The notes under the pieces are model-generated. The model ran no database searches. It saw only the letters and a program-made list of their open reading frames with translations, and was not told the origin of the DNA. From assembly GCA_965204575.1 (NCBI GenBank), contig OZ241993.1, positions 640,001-704,000 on the forward strand: DNA of 64,000 bases, given 5' to 3'. Source of the stretch: an uncultured candidatus Porisulfidus sp. Its GTDB lineage: Bacteria; Pseudomonadota; Gammaproteobacteria; Poriferisulfidales; Poriferisulfidaceae. The position numbers were made by a program, and so were the translations under genes. Shown here in pieces: positions 18,562 to 29,113 of the stretch (its first letter is position 1; each line of letters begins with the position of its first letter).

Positions 18562-19104
18562 TCACTCCCGCACGCCGTCCCATCGCAGGTCGATCCGGCC
18601 TTGAGACAGGTCAATCTTGAGGACAGTCTCGCCGGGAGCGTAGGGGATGAGATATTCCTGATCTCCGCGAACGAGTAAAACGTCGTGGGCGCCGGTCTCC
18701 AGGATCTGGTCGACGGTTCCAAGTGCTTCGCCTTGCTGATCGAATGCGGCCAGCCCCAGCAGTTGGCGATGGTAGTACTCGCCTTTCGGCAGGGTCGGGA
18801 ACTGAGCCGCATCAATCCAGATTTTCTGGCCGCGCAACGCTTCCGCATGGTCGCGGTCGTCGATGCCGCGGAGTTTGGCGATCAGGCCGCGTTGGGTGCG
18901 CCGGCTGGACTCCAGTTCATGGAGGCTGCTGTCCCCGTCGGTGCGCAATTGCCATGGACGGTACTGGAGAAGGTTGTCGATGGGGCGGGTATACGAATAT
19001 ATCTTGACCCAACCCCGCACGCCGTATACGCCGCTGATGTAACCGCACAGTACATAGGCGGAAGCCGCGGAACCGGATGGGTCCGTGGCGGAGGGGGTGT
19101 CCAG
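18562..19104 (-). CDS. rimM: ribosome maturation factor RimM (start uncertain)
   Basis: GVYGVRGWVKI, GEYYHRQLLG, ETGAHDVL; between rpsP and trmD. Confidence 0.9.
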   Translation of the reverse strand: MDTPSATDPSGSAASAYVLCGYISGVYGVRGWVKIYSYTRPIDNLLQYRPWQLRTDGDSSLHELESSRRTQRGLIAKLRGIDDRDHAEALRGQKIWIDAAQFPTLPKGEYYHRQLLGLAAFDQQGEALGTVDQILETGAHDVLLVRGDQEYLIPYAPGETVLKIDLSQGRIDLRWDGVRE

Positions 19105-19114
19105 GGGGATGGCC

Positions 19115-19369
19115 TCAGGCGGCCTGCAGCTTGGCGTGTTTGCGGACCAGCTGCGCCGCACGGTCGGATAATTTCGCGCCCTGTTCCAGCCAGTGCTGTA
19201 CGCGCTCCTGATCGATGCGCAACTCTTCTTCCTTGCCGGTGGCGATGGGGTTGAAAAAGCCCAATCGCTCAATGTACCCACTGTCGCGGGGTTTACGCGA
19301 ATCGGTGACTACCAAGTGGTAGAACGGGCGCTTCTTCGCGCCGGCTCGAGACAGACGGATGGTGACCAA
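19115..19369 (-). CDS. rpsP: 30S ribosomal protein S16
   Basis: TTG start after GGAG; [16 protein letters not shown]. Confidence 0.96.
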   Translation of the reverse strand: MVTIRLSRAGAKKRPFYHLVVTDSRKPRDSGYIERLGFFNPIATGKEEELRIDQERVQHWLEQGAKLSDRAAQLVRKHAKLQAA

Positions 19370-19489
19370 AAGTTGCTCCAGAAAGTCGTCCACAGGTTGC
19401 GGGGTGCGCATTCTAACAGAATCCGGCCCCGTCGCCCGGCCGGGTTCGGAAAATACGCCTTTCAGAAACAGCGGTACTGCGACGGGTTC

Positions 19490-22400
19490 TTATCGGTCAG
19501 GTTGCTCCTCTTGCTGTTTGAAATGGCGGCCTTCCCACAGGCAGTAAACCACCGGGATCGCGATGAGGCTCAGGATCAGTGTTGAGGACATGCCGCCAAC
19601 CATGGGCAGGGCGATGCGCCGCATTACGTCCGAACCCAGACCCTCGGTGAGGAATATCGGAATCAGGCCCGCGATAATGATCAGCGCTGTCATCAGTATG
19701 GGGCGAACGCGCAACACGGCCCCCCGCATGATGGCTTCAAGAAGTTCCGTGTGGTTCGCCGGTGTGTGCTGGCGCACCTGCTGGTCGATGTAAAGCAGCA
19801 TGACGACCGCAATCTCGGCGACGATTCCTCCGAGTGCGATAAAACCGACTCCCACTGCAACGGAGAAATGATAATCTGCCAGATAAAGCGCCCAGACTCC
19901 CCCAATCAGGCCGAATGGCAAGGATAGCATCACCATGAGTGTGCGATCCAGCCTGCCGAAATGCAGCATGAGCAGCACGAAGATGATCAGGATGGCCGAC
20001 GGGACGGCAATCTGCATTCGCGCCTTCGCCTCCAGCAACTGCTCGAACTGCCCGGACCATTCAATTGCGTAACCTGTGGGCAGTTTCACTTTTTCCGCCA
20101 CCCTGTTCTGGGCCGCGTCCACGTAGGATCCAATGTCCCGGTCCGCAATGTCCACGAATACCCAACCGGTGAGTCGCGCGTTTTCGGATTTGATCATCGG
20201 CGGACCTTCGACGAACTCGATGCTGGCCAATTCGCCCAGCGGGATATGTTGTCCCTGCGGGGTCGGCACCAGAATATCGGCCAGGTCTTCCGGGTATTCG
20301 CGGAAGGGTCGCTCGTAGCGCAGCATGATGTTGTAGCGTTCACGTCCCTGAACCGATTCGGAAATCTTCATGCCGCCCAGCGCGGTCTGGATGATGCGCT
20401 GGAACATGCCTAGGTCGATGTTCTGCCGCGCCAATTCATTCCGATCGGGATTGATTTCCAGGTATTTCCCGCCGACCACCCGATCGGCGAAAGCGGAACG
20501 CGTTCCTCCAACGTTCTTGATAGCGGCTTCCACGTCCAGCGCGATCCGGCTGATCTCATTCAAGTCCGCTCCGGAGATTTTGATTCCGACCGGTGTGCGA
20601 ATGCCGGTAGAAATCATGTCTGTGCGGATTTTTATCGGATAACCCCAGCTGTTGACCAAGCCGGGGAGCCTCACCCGTTTATCCAGGTCTTCAATAAGCC
20701 CCTCGACGGTGAGCCCGTCGCGCCATTCGTCCTGGGGCTTGAGCCGTATCCAGCTCTCGATCATTGAAATCGGGGCTGGGTCGGTCGCGGTGTCCGCACG
20801 CCCGACCTTGCCGAAGACCGTCTCTACCTCGGGGACCGTCTTGATCAGGCGGTTGGTCTGGGCCAGGATTTCCTTGGCCTTGGTGATCGACACGCCGGGC
20901 AGGGTGGTTGGCATGTAGAGCAGCTCTCCCTCGTAAAGGGCCGGCATGAACTCCGAGCCGATGCGGGAAAGGGGCAGAGTCATGCTCGCCAACAGCAACC
21001 CGATGACGGTCACCGTCATCCACTTGCGGTGCAGTGCGGCCGACAGCAGAGGCGTGTAGAGTCCGACAAGCCCGCGGTTGATCGGGTTGCCTTCTTCGCG
21101 GTGGATCCTGCCGCGGATCAGCCACTGCATCAATACAGGGACGAGCGTGATCGAAAGAATGGCCGCGAACGCCATGGCGTAGGTCTTGGTGAACGCCAGA
21201 GGCGAGAACAGGCGGAAAGATTGCCCGGTCAGGGCAAAGACCGGCAGGAACGACACCGTGATGATCAACAGCGAGAAGAACAGCCCGGGCCCCACTTCCT
21301 TGGCGGCCAGCAGGATGGCCGCGCGTTTGTCTTCCGTGCTGGCGCCTTTGGCCATGTGGGAGAGTTTCCGGTGGGCGTTTTCGACCATCACGACGGAGGC
21401 GTCGACCATGGCCCCGACGGCGATCGCAATGCCCCCCAGGGACATGATGTTGGCGGTGATACCTTGGGCCGACATCACGATAAAGGCCGCCAGTATGCCT
21501 AGCGGCAACGTGACAATGGCCACAAACGCGGATCGGACATGGAGCAGGAAGACCAGGCAGATCAGTGCGACAGCGATTCCTTCCTCGATCAGTTTTGCGG
21601 TCAGGTAATCGATTGCCCCCTCGATCAGCGGGGCGCGGTCGTAAACGGCCTGGATCTCCACCCCCTGGGGCAGGCCGAGCTTCAGTTCTTCCAGTTTTTC
21701 CTTGACTTCCTTGATGACGGACAAGGCGTTCTCCCCCGAACGCATGACGATCACGCCTCCGACCACTTCGCCTTCGCCATCGAGTTCCACCACGCCGCGG
21801 CGCAGCTCCGGTCCTTCGACGACGTGCGCCACGTCCGACAGGGCCACCGGCGTGCCATTCTTGGCGTAGACCACGACCTTCTCCAGTTCTTCTAGGCCGG
21901 TGATATAGCCCTTGGAGCGGATCATCAGCTCCGTTTCGCCCTGTTCGATGACGCGTCCGCCGACTTCCTTGCTGGCGGCACTGACGGCACCCACGATGCG
22001 GTGCAACGGGACGTCGTAGGCACGCAGGCGGTTGGGGTCGACCAGTACCTGGTACTCCTTGACGAATCCGCCGACCGAGGCCACTTCGGACACGCCATCG
22101 ACCGTGGCCAACTCGAGCTTCAGAAACCAGTCCTGCAGGGAGCGGAGGTAGGCCAGGTCGTACTTGCCGGTCTTGTCCACCAGGGCATACTGATAAATCC
22201 AGCCCATGCCGGTGGCATCCGGCCCGATTTGCGAAGTGGCGTCCCGTGGCAGGTCTCCCTGGATTTTGGAGAGCGCCTCGACGACCCGGCTGCGCGCCCA
22301 GTACTGATCGACGTCATCTTCAAAGATGATGTAGACGAAAGACGTGCCGAACATGGAAAACCCGCGTACGTCCTTGGTCTTGGGGAGCCCGAGCATGGTG

Positions 22401-22657
22401 GTGGACAAGGGGTAGGTCACCAGGTCCTCGACGATTTGCGGGGACTGGCCGGGGAAATCCGTGCGGATGATGACCTGCGTGTCCGACAAGTCCGGAATGG
22501 CATCGAGCGGCATGTTTTTCAACGAGATCCAGCCGGCCACCAGCAAGGCTGCTGTGGCCATGATGATCAGCAGCGGGTTGCTTGACGACCACCCGATGAT
22601 CTTGGCGGTCCCCGACCGGGTCGGGTCGTCGCTCAGGTGGGCGCTAGTGATGCGCAT
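19490..22657 (-). CDS. cusA: Cu(I)/Ag(I) heavy-metal efflux RND transporter
   Basis: DAIPDLSDTQVII, GPDATGMGW, IMSLGGIAIAVGAMVDA, EFMP, APISM, RTDM Met sites. Confidence 0.9.
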   Translation of the reverse strand: MRITSAHLSDDPTRSGTAKIIGWSSSNPLLIIMATAALLVAGWISLKNMPLDAIPDLSDTQVIIRTDFPGQSPQIVEDLVTYPLSTTMLGLPKTKDVRGFSMFGTSFVYIIFEDDVDQYWARSRVVEALSKIQGDLPRDATSQIGPDATGMGWIYQYALVDKTGKYDLAYLRSLQDWFLKLELATVDGVSEVASVGGFVKEYQVLVDPNRLRAYDVPLHRIVGAVSAASKEVGGRVIEQGETELMIRSKGYITGLEELEKVVVYAKNGTPVALSDVAHVVEGPELRRGVVELDGEGEVVGGVIVMRSGENALSVIKEVKEKLEELKLGLPQGVEIQAVYDRAPLIEGAIDYLTAKLIEEGIAVALICLVFLLHVRSAFVAIVTLPLGILAAFIVMSAQGITANIMSLGGIAIAVGAMVDASVVMVENAHRKLSHMAKGASTEDKRAAILLAAKEVGPGLFFSLLIITVSFLPVFALTGQSFRLFSPLAFTKTYAMAFAAILSITLVPVLMQWLIRGRIHREEGNPINRGLVGLYTPLLSAALHRKWMTVTVIGLLLASMTLPLSRIGSEFMPALYEGELLYMPTTLPGVSITKAKEILAQTNRLIKTVPEVETVFGKVGRADTATDPAPISMIESWIRLKPQDEWRDGLTVEGLIEDLDKRVRLPGLVNSWGYPIKIRTDMISTGIRTPVGIKISGADLNEISRIALDVEAAIKNVGGTRSAFADRVVGGKYLEINPDRNELARQNIDLGMFQRIIQTALGGMKISESVQGRERYNIMLRYERPFREYPEDLADILVPTPQGQHIPLGELASIEFVEGPPMIKSENARLTGWVFVDIADRDIGSYVDAAQNRVAEKVKLPTGYAIEWSGQFEQLLEAKARMQIAVPSAILIIFVLLMLHFGRLDRTLMVMLSLPFGLIGGVWALYLADYHFSVAVGVGFIALGGIVAEIAVVMLLYIDQQVRQHTPANHTELLEAIMRGAVLRVRPILMTALIIIAGLIPIFLTEGLGSDVMRRIALPMVGGMSSTLILSLIAIPVVYCLWEGRHFKQQEEQPDR

Positions 22658-24221
22658 GGCCGCCTCCTGCGGGTGCCGTGACCACAGGAGGTTCAACCCC
22701 CTTTATCTCGTCAGGCAATTCCACCTGCACCGCATGGCCTTCGCCATAGGGATGCCGCATTTCGCCATCCGGCTGAAGCCAGTAATTGCCGGTTCCATGA
22801 TCCAGATAAAGCCGGATGCCTTTGTCCTTGTAGTGCTTCGGCCGGCCTTCGGTAATCCACGATTTCAAGGCTGCCACCAATCCGGCAAGCGCATGCTGTT
22901 GCTCTTCTTTCGTAGTGGCCTCCAGCGCGGCTGCCAGGGCTTTGCTGGAATCCTCCAGGATGAATTGCAGTTTTGTGCCACGGAATTCCGACAACAGTTG
23001 GCGATTCAGTTGCAAGGCGCTCTTCAATATTTCAGGTTCGGGATCAAGCATGGCAGTCTCCGCTTCATGCAGATGCAGCGCCGCATCGACCAACTGATCA
23101 ACCATCGCCAGCTGCTCCCTGCTGACTTCCAGCAGCGCCAGCGGCGTTTGCACTTTCTGCAGCTTGCGGAAGGATTCCCGTAGGGCGCTTTCCGAATCGA
23201 TCAGAAACTGGCTGCTGACCACGATTTTTTCACCTTCTTCCAATCCGCGTACGACTTCCGTTCGCCCTTTGTTGTGAATCCCTGTCTGGATTCTTTGCGA
23301 CCGGAACCTTCCTTCGCCCAGCGCAACGATGACGAAATCACCCTCCGAACTTTTGAGGATGGCCTCCGACGGGATGCTCAGACGCTTTTCGACGTGGGTC
23401 TCGAACAACACGTCGGTGTAGGCGCCGGGCTTGAGCGCGCCGTTCCGGTTGTCCAGCACTAGGCGCACCTGGCCGGTGCGACTGTCCAGGTCGATGGTCG
23501 GGTAGATATAGTCGATTCGCGCGGTGCGTTCGACATTGCCCAGGTTCGGGAATGTCACGGTGGCTTTGCCGCCTTTTTCCAGGAACTGGAGATCCTTCTC
23601 CGCCACGCTGACCTCGATCCAGACGGAACGGTAGTCCTGGATGTTGGCAATCTGCATGCCGGGGGTGACGTAGCTTCCCTTGTTGGCCATCAATTGGCTG
23701 ACGGTGCCGGTCGTCTCCGCATAGAAGGGGAGTCGCTCGAGTTTCCGGCGTTCAGCCTTGATCTGTTTCAGCGCCTTTTTGCCCACGCCCAATGATTGCA
23801 GGCGCTTCGCGCTGGAGTTGATCCGCCCTTTATTGCCGGTGGCGATGGCGGCGAGATAGTCCTGCTGGGCAGAGATCAGGTCAGGGCTGTACAGTGTGAA
23901 GAGCAGGTCGCCTTCCCTGACCTCGTCGCCCACCGCAGTGATTTCCAGGTCTTCTATCCATCCTGCGACACGGCTTGAAATAACGTACGCGTTTCTCACG
24001 TTTTCCGTGACTAGGCCATAGCTCCTGATATTGGCGCCGAAGTTGGCCAGAGCCGCTTTTTCCGTGCGCACCCCGATGCTCTGGATCGTTTCCGGCGCGA
24101 TGACCACGGCGGTCTTTGCGGCAGCGGAATCCGATTCCATGCCACTGGCGGGTCCGCTTTCGGCCCATGCCGGATTCATGGCGAGGGCCAGCGTGGCCCA
24201 CAAAATATTATTGGCTTTCAT
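22644..24221 (-). CDS. cusB: RND periplasmic adaptor CusB-like with extra C-terminal domain
   Basis: YSPDLISAQQDY, IDYIYPT, LKPG, QFLIDSESALRE; C-terminal YWLQ...RHPYG and His tail. Confidence 0.85.
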   Translation of the reverse strand: MKANNILWATLALAMNPAWAESGPASGMESDSAAAKTAVVIAPETIQSIGVRTEKAALANFGANIRSYGLVTENVRNAYVISSRVAGWIEDLEITAVGDEVREGDLLFTLYSPDLISAQQDYLAAIATGNKGRINSSAKRLQSLGVGKKALKQIKAERRKLERLPFYAETTGTVSQLMANKGSYVTPGMQIANIQDYRSVWIEVSVAEKDLQFLEKGGKATVTFPNLGNVERTARIDYIYPTIDLDSRTGQVRLVLDNRNGALKPGAYTDVLFETHVEKRLSIPSEAILKSSEGDFVIVALGEGRFRSQRIQTGIHNKGRTEVVRGLEEGEKIVVSSQFLIDSESALRESFRKLQKVQTPLALLEVSREQLAMVDQLVDAALHLHEAETAMLDPEPEILKSALQLNRQLLSEFRGTKLQFILEDSSKALAAALEATTKEEQQHALAGLVAALKSWITEGRPKHYKDKGIRLYLDHGTGNYWLQPDGEMRHPYGEGHAVQVELPDEIKGVEPPVVTAPAGGGHAHH

Positions 24222-25434
24222 GGTGTCCCTCCACGATATGGCTGTTGAACCGAGCGGACAGCCGGACGTGCCGGCTCCGCTGTTCCGCCAGTTGTGCGGC
24301 AATGATCCGGGCATCAATCTGCGTCTCGAGCACAGATTCCAGCGAGACATTGCCGGATTCGTAATCGCGTTCCGCCGCTTCTGTCTTTTCCTGGAGGGCG
24401 GAGGCCTTCTCCTGAAGCAGTGCGATGTTGTCCAAGGTGGCATTGCGCTCGGCCTTGAGGGCGGCCATGCGTCCCACCCATTCGCGCCGGACGTCCTCGT
24501 AGGCGTACTTGGCGCTGCGTTTTCCTGCTTGTGCCGCCCGCAATTTCGGCTTTTGGTTGGAGGTGGCCCATAGAGGGATGGAGACGGTCGCCTGCACGCT
24601 GACCCAATCGTCCCCGGAAAATCCTGCGCCGGATTCACGCTGCTTGTAGATTGCCTGTACTCCATAGGTGGGACCGAAGGCCGCATCTGCCACGTCCACG
24701 TCCTTGGCGGCGACCCGCACGTCTTCTGCGGCAATGCGCACCGGGTAGAGCGCCGTTCCATCGCGGCCCCATGGGATTTCCGGAATTGAAGGGATAGGGA
24801 TGGATGGCACCTCGTCGACCAAGCGGACGAGCTCCTCCTCAATGGCCACACGCTCGACTTTCAGATCGTTCAGGCGTTGTTCCACTCCGGCGCGGTCAAC
24901 GTCAATTTCGGAGAATCTCCCGTAAACGGGACTGCCTGCCTCCAGCCGGCCCTGCATATCCTCCTCCATTGCGCGGTAAAGTTCCAACTGTTCTCCAGCC
25001 AGCCTCTCCAGGGTTTTGACCTTGTCCAGTTCAGCCAACTGGCCAATGAGGATGGATTCCAGCCGCTTCCGCGTATAGTTGGCGACCAAGCTTTGACGCT
25101 TGGCGAGGCTTTCCTGTTTGCTGGATCGGGCTTTGCGCAGGGAATAGCCAGGGATTTGCTGTCGGATTCCCAGAACTTTCGAAGTGGGCAAGAACCGGCC
25201 GAACGCCGGGCTATTGATTGGCACGTTCTCCGCACCAAAAATGATCTGCGGGTCCGGAAGACCCATTTCACTGTCGGACAGTTCCTCGAAACGGGTACTC
25301 TGCTCCAGGATGCTCGTGACCTGGGGGTGTTCGGCCAATTGCCGGGCGTAGCTTTCCAGCGTCTCGGCGTTTGCCTGTGCCGTCCCCAGGGAGATGGCCA
25401 GTCCTGTTATGGCCCAAAGGCGTTTTGTAACCAC
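24208..25434 (-). CDS. TolC/CusC-like outer membrane efflux protein
   Basis: Signal peptide, LPDPQI, helical OEP pattern, SIPLW; first large gene of the cus operon. Confidence 0.8.
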   Translation of the reverse strand: MVTKRLWAITGLAISLGTAQANAETLESYARQLAEHPQVTSILEQSTRFEELSDSEMGLPDPQIIFGAENVPINSPAFGRFLPTSKVLGIRQQIPGYSLRKARSSKQESLAKRQSLVANYTRKRLESILIGQLAELDKVKTLERLAGEQLELYRAMEEDMQGRLEAGSPVYGRFSEIDVDRAGVEQRLNDLKVERVAIEEELVRLVDEVPSIPIPSIPEIPWGRDGTALYPVRIAAEDVRVAAKDVDVADAAFGPTYGVQAIYKQRESGAGFSGDDWVSVQATVSIPLWATSNQKPKLRAAQAGKRSAKYAYEDVRREWVGRMAALKAERNATLDNIALLQEKASALQEKTEAAERDYESGNVSLESVLETQIDARIIAAQLAEQRSRHVRLSARFNSHIVEGHHESQ

Positions 25435-25511
25435 AATAACCTCCTAATCGGTTGTTTCCCGGTACGCGCATGGCGCACCGATACTTTCTGGGACACCTTG
25501 CGGTGTCTGGA

Positions 25512-25883
25512 TCAGGAGGTGTGTTTAGGAGGGTAGTCTATGCCGTAGGAAAGAGGGGATTTTGGCACTTTGGCGGAAAAGCCGTGCCCCCCGTCTTCGG
25601 AGGCCAGATCCATTCCCGGGCTATTGAGCAAAGGAGTCTGGGGAGAAACCTGACAGTGACCGTATGCGCAATGGTCGCAGTCGGGCAGGTTCCCTTGATG
25701 GGACCCGTCAACGTCGGATGCCGGGTCCGGCCCATCCGCATCGTGGCACTGCATGTCCACCTTCACGGTTTCGGCCGGAATCGTATTGACGCAATCGCAC
25801 GAGGCCGCGAAAGCCGCAGCATAGGCATTCGCCGCGAATGCCATCGCGATCAACGAAACCCAAGCAATTTTATTGTTCCGCAT
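25512..25883 (-). CDS. small exported Cys/His-rich protein upstream of cusCBA (DUF2946/CzcI-like leader)
   Basis: Signal anchor, CDC, MQCH, CDHCAYGHC, C-terminal IDYPPK. Confidence 0.65.
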   Translation of the reverse strand: MRNNKIAWVSLIAMAFAANAYAAAFAASCDCVNTIPAETVKVDMQCHDADGPDPASDVDGSHQGNLPDCDHCAYGHCQVSPQTPLLNSPGMDLASEDGGHGFSAKVPKSPLSYGIDYPPKHTS

Positions 25884-25915
25884 AAATCCCACTATACCAT
25901 TGTTTCCGCATGTTT

Positions 25916-26189
25916 TTATGGATTGTATCCCGTAACTGCTTTCACTTACAGAAATTCCTCGAGACCGTACCGCCCCGATTCCCGGCCGTTCCCGGACTGC
26001 TTGTACCCTCCAAACGGCGCGCTGACATCGATGAAAGTATCGTTGAGATGCACGCCTCCGGTCCGGAGGCGGCGTGCAAGTGCGTGGGCGCGTTCAGGGT
26101 TGCTCGTCGAGGATGATGTCGGCGGATTTTCCGCCCAGTTCCTGCACGACCCGTTTGCCGTTGATGTAGAAGCGGGTCCGATGATTCAT
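25916..26189 (-). pseudogene. aldehyde dehydrogenase remnant collapsed by internal deletions
   Basis: [11 protein letters not shown] joined to [17 protein letters not shown], then after a frame change [16 protein letters not shown]...[28 protein letters not shown]. Confidence 0.85.
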
Positions 26190-26403
26190 CGCGTATTGTC
26201 TGATTTTACGATTGGCCTTGGCATGGCACTTCGTTTTGTTTGATCTGAAGACCTAAATTATGGCGAAGTCTTTTCCCACGTGACAGTCCTACCTACATTT
26301 ACTGGTGTCGAGGTGTTGTTTGCCGCGTAGTTGTCATGATCCAAACTTGCTGTAATGCAGCCTAGAGGAAAAGAAGCAGCAAGATGAAATAAAACTTGTA
26401 TTA

Positions 26404-28068
26404 TTATTTTTTTGATGGCATCGAGCCTTGGCAGAGTTGCATCATGTTTACATGAATTCTTTCAGACCGTGCATTAATGAAACCCTCGAAATTGCCATTT
26501 AGTAGTTCATCATATGGGATCAGGTGACTTTCTAAACGTAACTTTACTTCTTCTTCAGTTGCGTTGGCATCTGCAGCTCGTTCCTGAAGGTATTCCTTGG
26601 GCGTTTTTGCTGCAATTTTTCGATTAGTTTTCCATGAAATGAGTGCACAGTTCAGGGCTGAATTGACAAGGTGATCAGGGTGGTCATTTTCGATCAAACT
26701 TTTTGGAAAGACATGGTGATATTCTCTAGATCGAACTTTATCAGCGGTTGCTTTTGCTCCATCAGCAAAATCATAACCCCCTCCATATAAAGAAACTGCA
26801 ATAATCGCACGGCCAAGCCTATCCTTACGTCCTGGCCAACCGCCTCGTAATAATTCGTCTGCAGTCGGAAGGGCGTTTTGGTCTTCGTCGAAAAGGTCAG
26901 GCAATAAATTCGAACTTGGGTTTTTAATCAAGTCGGACATGGCTTTATAGTCAGAAAAAGCCCTAGTTGTTGCAGTTTTAAGATAGCGGTCGGTGAAGCT
27001 TGCCCTCCAGATTGCCTTGCGGATTTGAGTACGGGCGCGTCCTTCTTCATCTGTGCCATCTACTGGTACATCGGCCCAGAGCGCGGAAGTCAAGTAAATA
27101 ATAACCTCTGTTGGAAGAAGCTTTTCATTAAAGATTGCTTCATCGCGCAAGAACTCCACACCTCTAGATAAGCCGGAAACAACTCTATTCCAAACGTTTG
27201 CTAGTTCTCTGCCAAATACGGGGTCTAGATAAGTGCGCTTCAAAGGCGGCTTACCATTGAGGAGGGCTCCAACGGCCAAAGCGATATCTTCTGCTTTGCC
27301 GTAATCACGAATACTCGGTATTTCTTCATAAAGATTTTGGATCATATCGTGGAGAGAATTTCCCATAGCCCCTTCAAGTTGGGCGACCACGATATCGAAA
27401 TCTTTTAATGGTGACGCAGACGTATTCATCTTAATAAAGACGTCTAGGGCGGTTTCCTTATCGGTGCCAACTGGGAGAGAGAGAAAAGGGATCGGATAGG
27501 AGGCGAGTCGCTGGCGCAGTTTCATGATGATTTTGTCTGTCGCCTTGTCTGTTCCTGCCTTCTCCGTCCAAGAATCCATCGCCTTTTCACCTTTAGAACC
27601 GGGGCAAAGTAGTGATGCTGGAAAATATTTCCTCTCAAAAGTCCCAGCCGGATCATCAGCCCATAGAGGCATACGCATGCCGTATTTTGATGAATAACGC
27701 CGACAAATCTCTACTTCAAGATGTTCTTCATTTTCTAAAGAAACAAAAACGGTGAAATCTTCGTAGTTGTCAGTGAGCGCGCGCCAAAGAGCTGTCATTC
27801 GTTGCTGCCCATCCAAAAGGTTCATCTGTGGCTTGCTATTCGACTCAGGTGCCCCTGAAATTGGACGGGAGACAAAAAGTTGCTCGTCACCCACCTCAAG
27901 GACCAATAGTGCTCCAATGGGTAGTGATGGTTGACGCAGGATATTTTCCAGTACGCCTTCAACTTGATTTGGTCTCCATGCCTCAAATCTCTGAAATCTG
28001 GGCAGGGTAATTTGTCCGTCACTGATCATCGCAAACCAGCCCTCAACGGTTTTTGTTCGTGCTTCCAT
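26404..28068 (-). CDS. DUF262 + HNH-like domain protein (GmrSD-like Type IV restriction candidate)
   Basis: LPRFQR, PIGALL, LLDGQQRMTAL, VFIKMN; C-terminal EYHHVFPK...NSALNCALISWKTNRKI; lower GC. Confidence 0.8.
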   Translation of the reverse strand: MEARTKTVEGWFAMISDGQITLPRFQRFEAWRPNQVEGVLENILRQPSLPIGALLVLEVGDEQLFVSRPISGAPESNSKPQMNLLDGQQRMTALWRALTDNYEDFTVFVSLENEEHLEVEICRRYSSKYGMRMPLWADDPAGTFERKYFPASLLCPGSKGEKAMDSWTEKAGTDKATDKIIMKLRQRLASYPIPFLSLPVGTDKETALDVFIKMNTSASPLKDFDIVVAQLEGAMGNSLHDMIQNLYEEIPSIRDYGKAEDIALAVGALLNGKPPLKRTYLDPVFGRELANVWNRVVSGLSRGVEFLRDEAIFNEKLLPTEVIIYLTSALWADVPVDGTDEEGRARTQIRKAIWRASFTDRYLKTATTRAFSDYKAMSDLIKNPSSNLLPDLFDEDQNALPTADELLRGGWPGRKDRLGRAIIAVSLYGGGYDFADGAKATADKVRSREYHHVFPKSLIENDHPDHLVNSALNCALISWKTNRKIAAKTPKEYLQERAADANATEEEVKLRLESHLIPYDELLNGNFEGFINARSERIHVNMMQLCQGSMPSKK

Positions 28069-28198
28069 ATTATTTTTATTGACAGAAATGGCAGGTAAGG
28101 ATTCTAGTGTATATTCTTTTCTGCAATAAATAAGGGGAATTACCCCTTTTTCAATACATTGTTGTGTCTAAATTAGACCTTGACCGGCAATTTCAAAT

Positions 28199-29113
28199 AT
28201 GGCAGTAAAAATAACACCAAGGCTGATTTTGCTGACCTATGAAGCCACACTAAAATCATATTGGAGGAAAAATGCCTTAAGGCAATTCTTAAGAGCATCT
28301 CATATAACCGAGAAATTTCTTGCGACTTGGGCGCCCGAAGAAAGCAAACGAGAATTTTTAGATCGCCTGTTCATTAAGTTGCAGAAATCCGATAAGGGGA
28401 AATCTTTAATAGTTCAAATGGCTCTATTTCTCTCTGAACAAAATACGTTTCCAGATTTGCAAAATTGGGAAGATTCAGCCCAAAAGATATCCCTCGCAAC
28501 TAAGGCGGTTCAAGATCTAAAAAATTATCTTAAATTGCAAAGCGAAGAAATACGTGACGAGCGAGAAATTGAGGCGGTAAAAGAGCAAGCGAGGGTGAGA
28601 AATGCTGAAATCCGGAAATCGATAACAGACAAGTCTAAACTTCAACAGCGACTAGATGCAATGAATTCAGAAATCGGGACTCAAGAGGGAGGGTATAAAT
28701 TCCAAGACTGGTTTTATGATTTATTGGATTATTTTGAAATTAGCAATCGGCGGCCATATTGCACAAACGGAAGGCAAATAGACGGTTCGTTGACATATGA
28801 CGGAACGACATATCTAGTTGAGCTTAAATTTACTGGCACTCAGTCAAGTCCAACTGATATCGATTCGTTGCGATCTAAGGTTGAAGACAAAGCAGATAAC
28901 ACTATGGGAATTATGGTTTCGATATCAGGTTATTCTAGTGTGGCAGTTGATACTGCATCTGGAAGGCGAGGTCTTTTATTGCTTTTCGATGCACAACATC
29001 TCTATGTGAGTTTATCGGGAGGATTAGATTTCGGGGAAATCATTTCACGAGTAAGACGACATGCGTCTCAGACAGGTGAAGCATATCTCAAAGCTTCACA
29101 GTTTAGTGGTTAA
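28199..29113 (+). CDS. Mrr-like PD-(D/E)XK restriction endonuclease domain protein
   Basis: GYKFQDWF, QIDGSL...YLVELKF, GIMVSISGYS; AT-rich. Confidence 0.75.
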   Translation: MAVKITPRLILLTYEATLKSYWRKNALRQFLRASHITEKFLATWAPEESKREFLDRLFIKLQKSDKGKSLIVQMALFLSEQNTFPDLQNWEDSAQKISLATKAVQDLKNYLKLQSEEIRDEREIEAVKEQARVRNAEIRKSITDKSKLQQRLDAMNSEIGTQEGGYKFQDWFYDLLDYFEISNRRPYCTNGRQIDGSLTYDGTTYLVELKFTGTQSSPTDIDSLRSKVEDKADNTMGIMVSISGYSSVAVDTASGRRGLLLLFDAQHLYVSLSGGLDFGEIISRVRRHASQTGEAYLKASQFSG

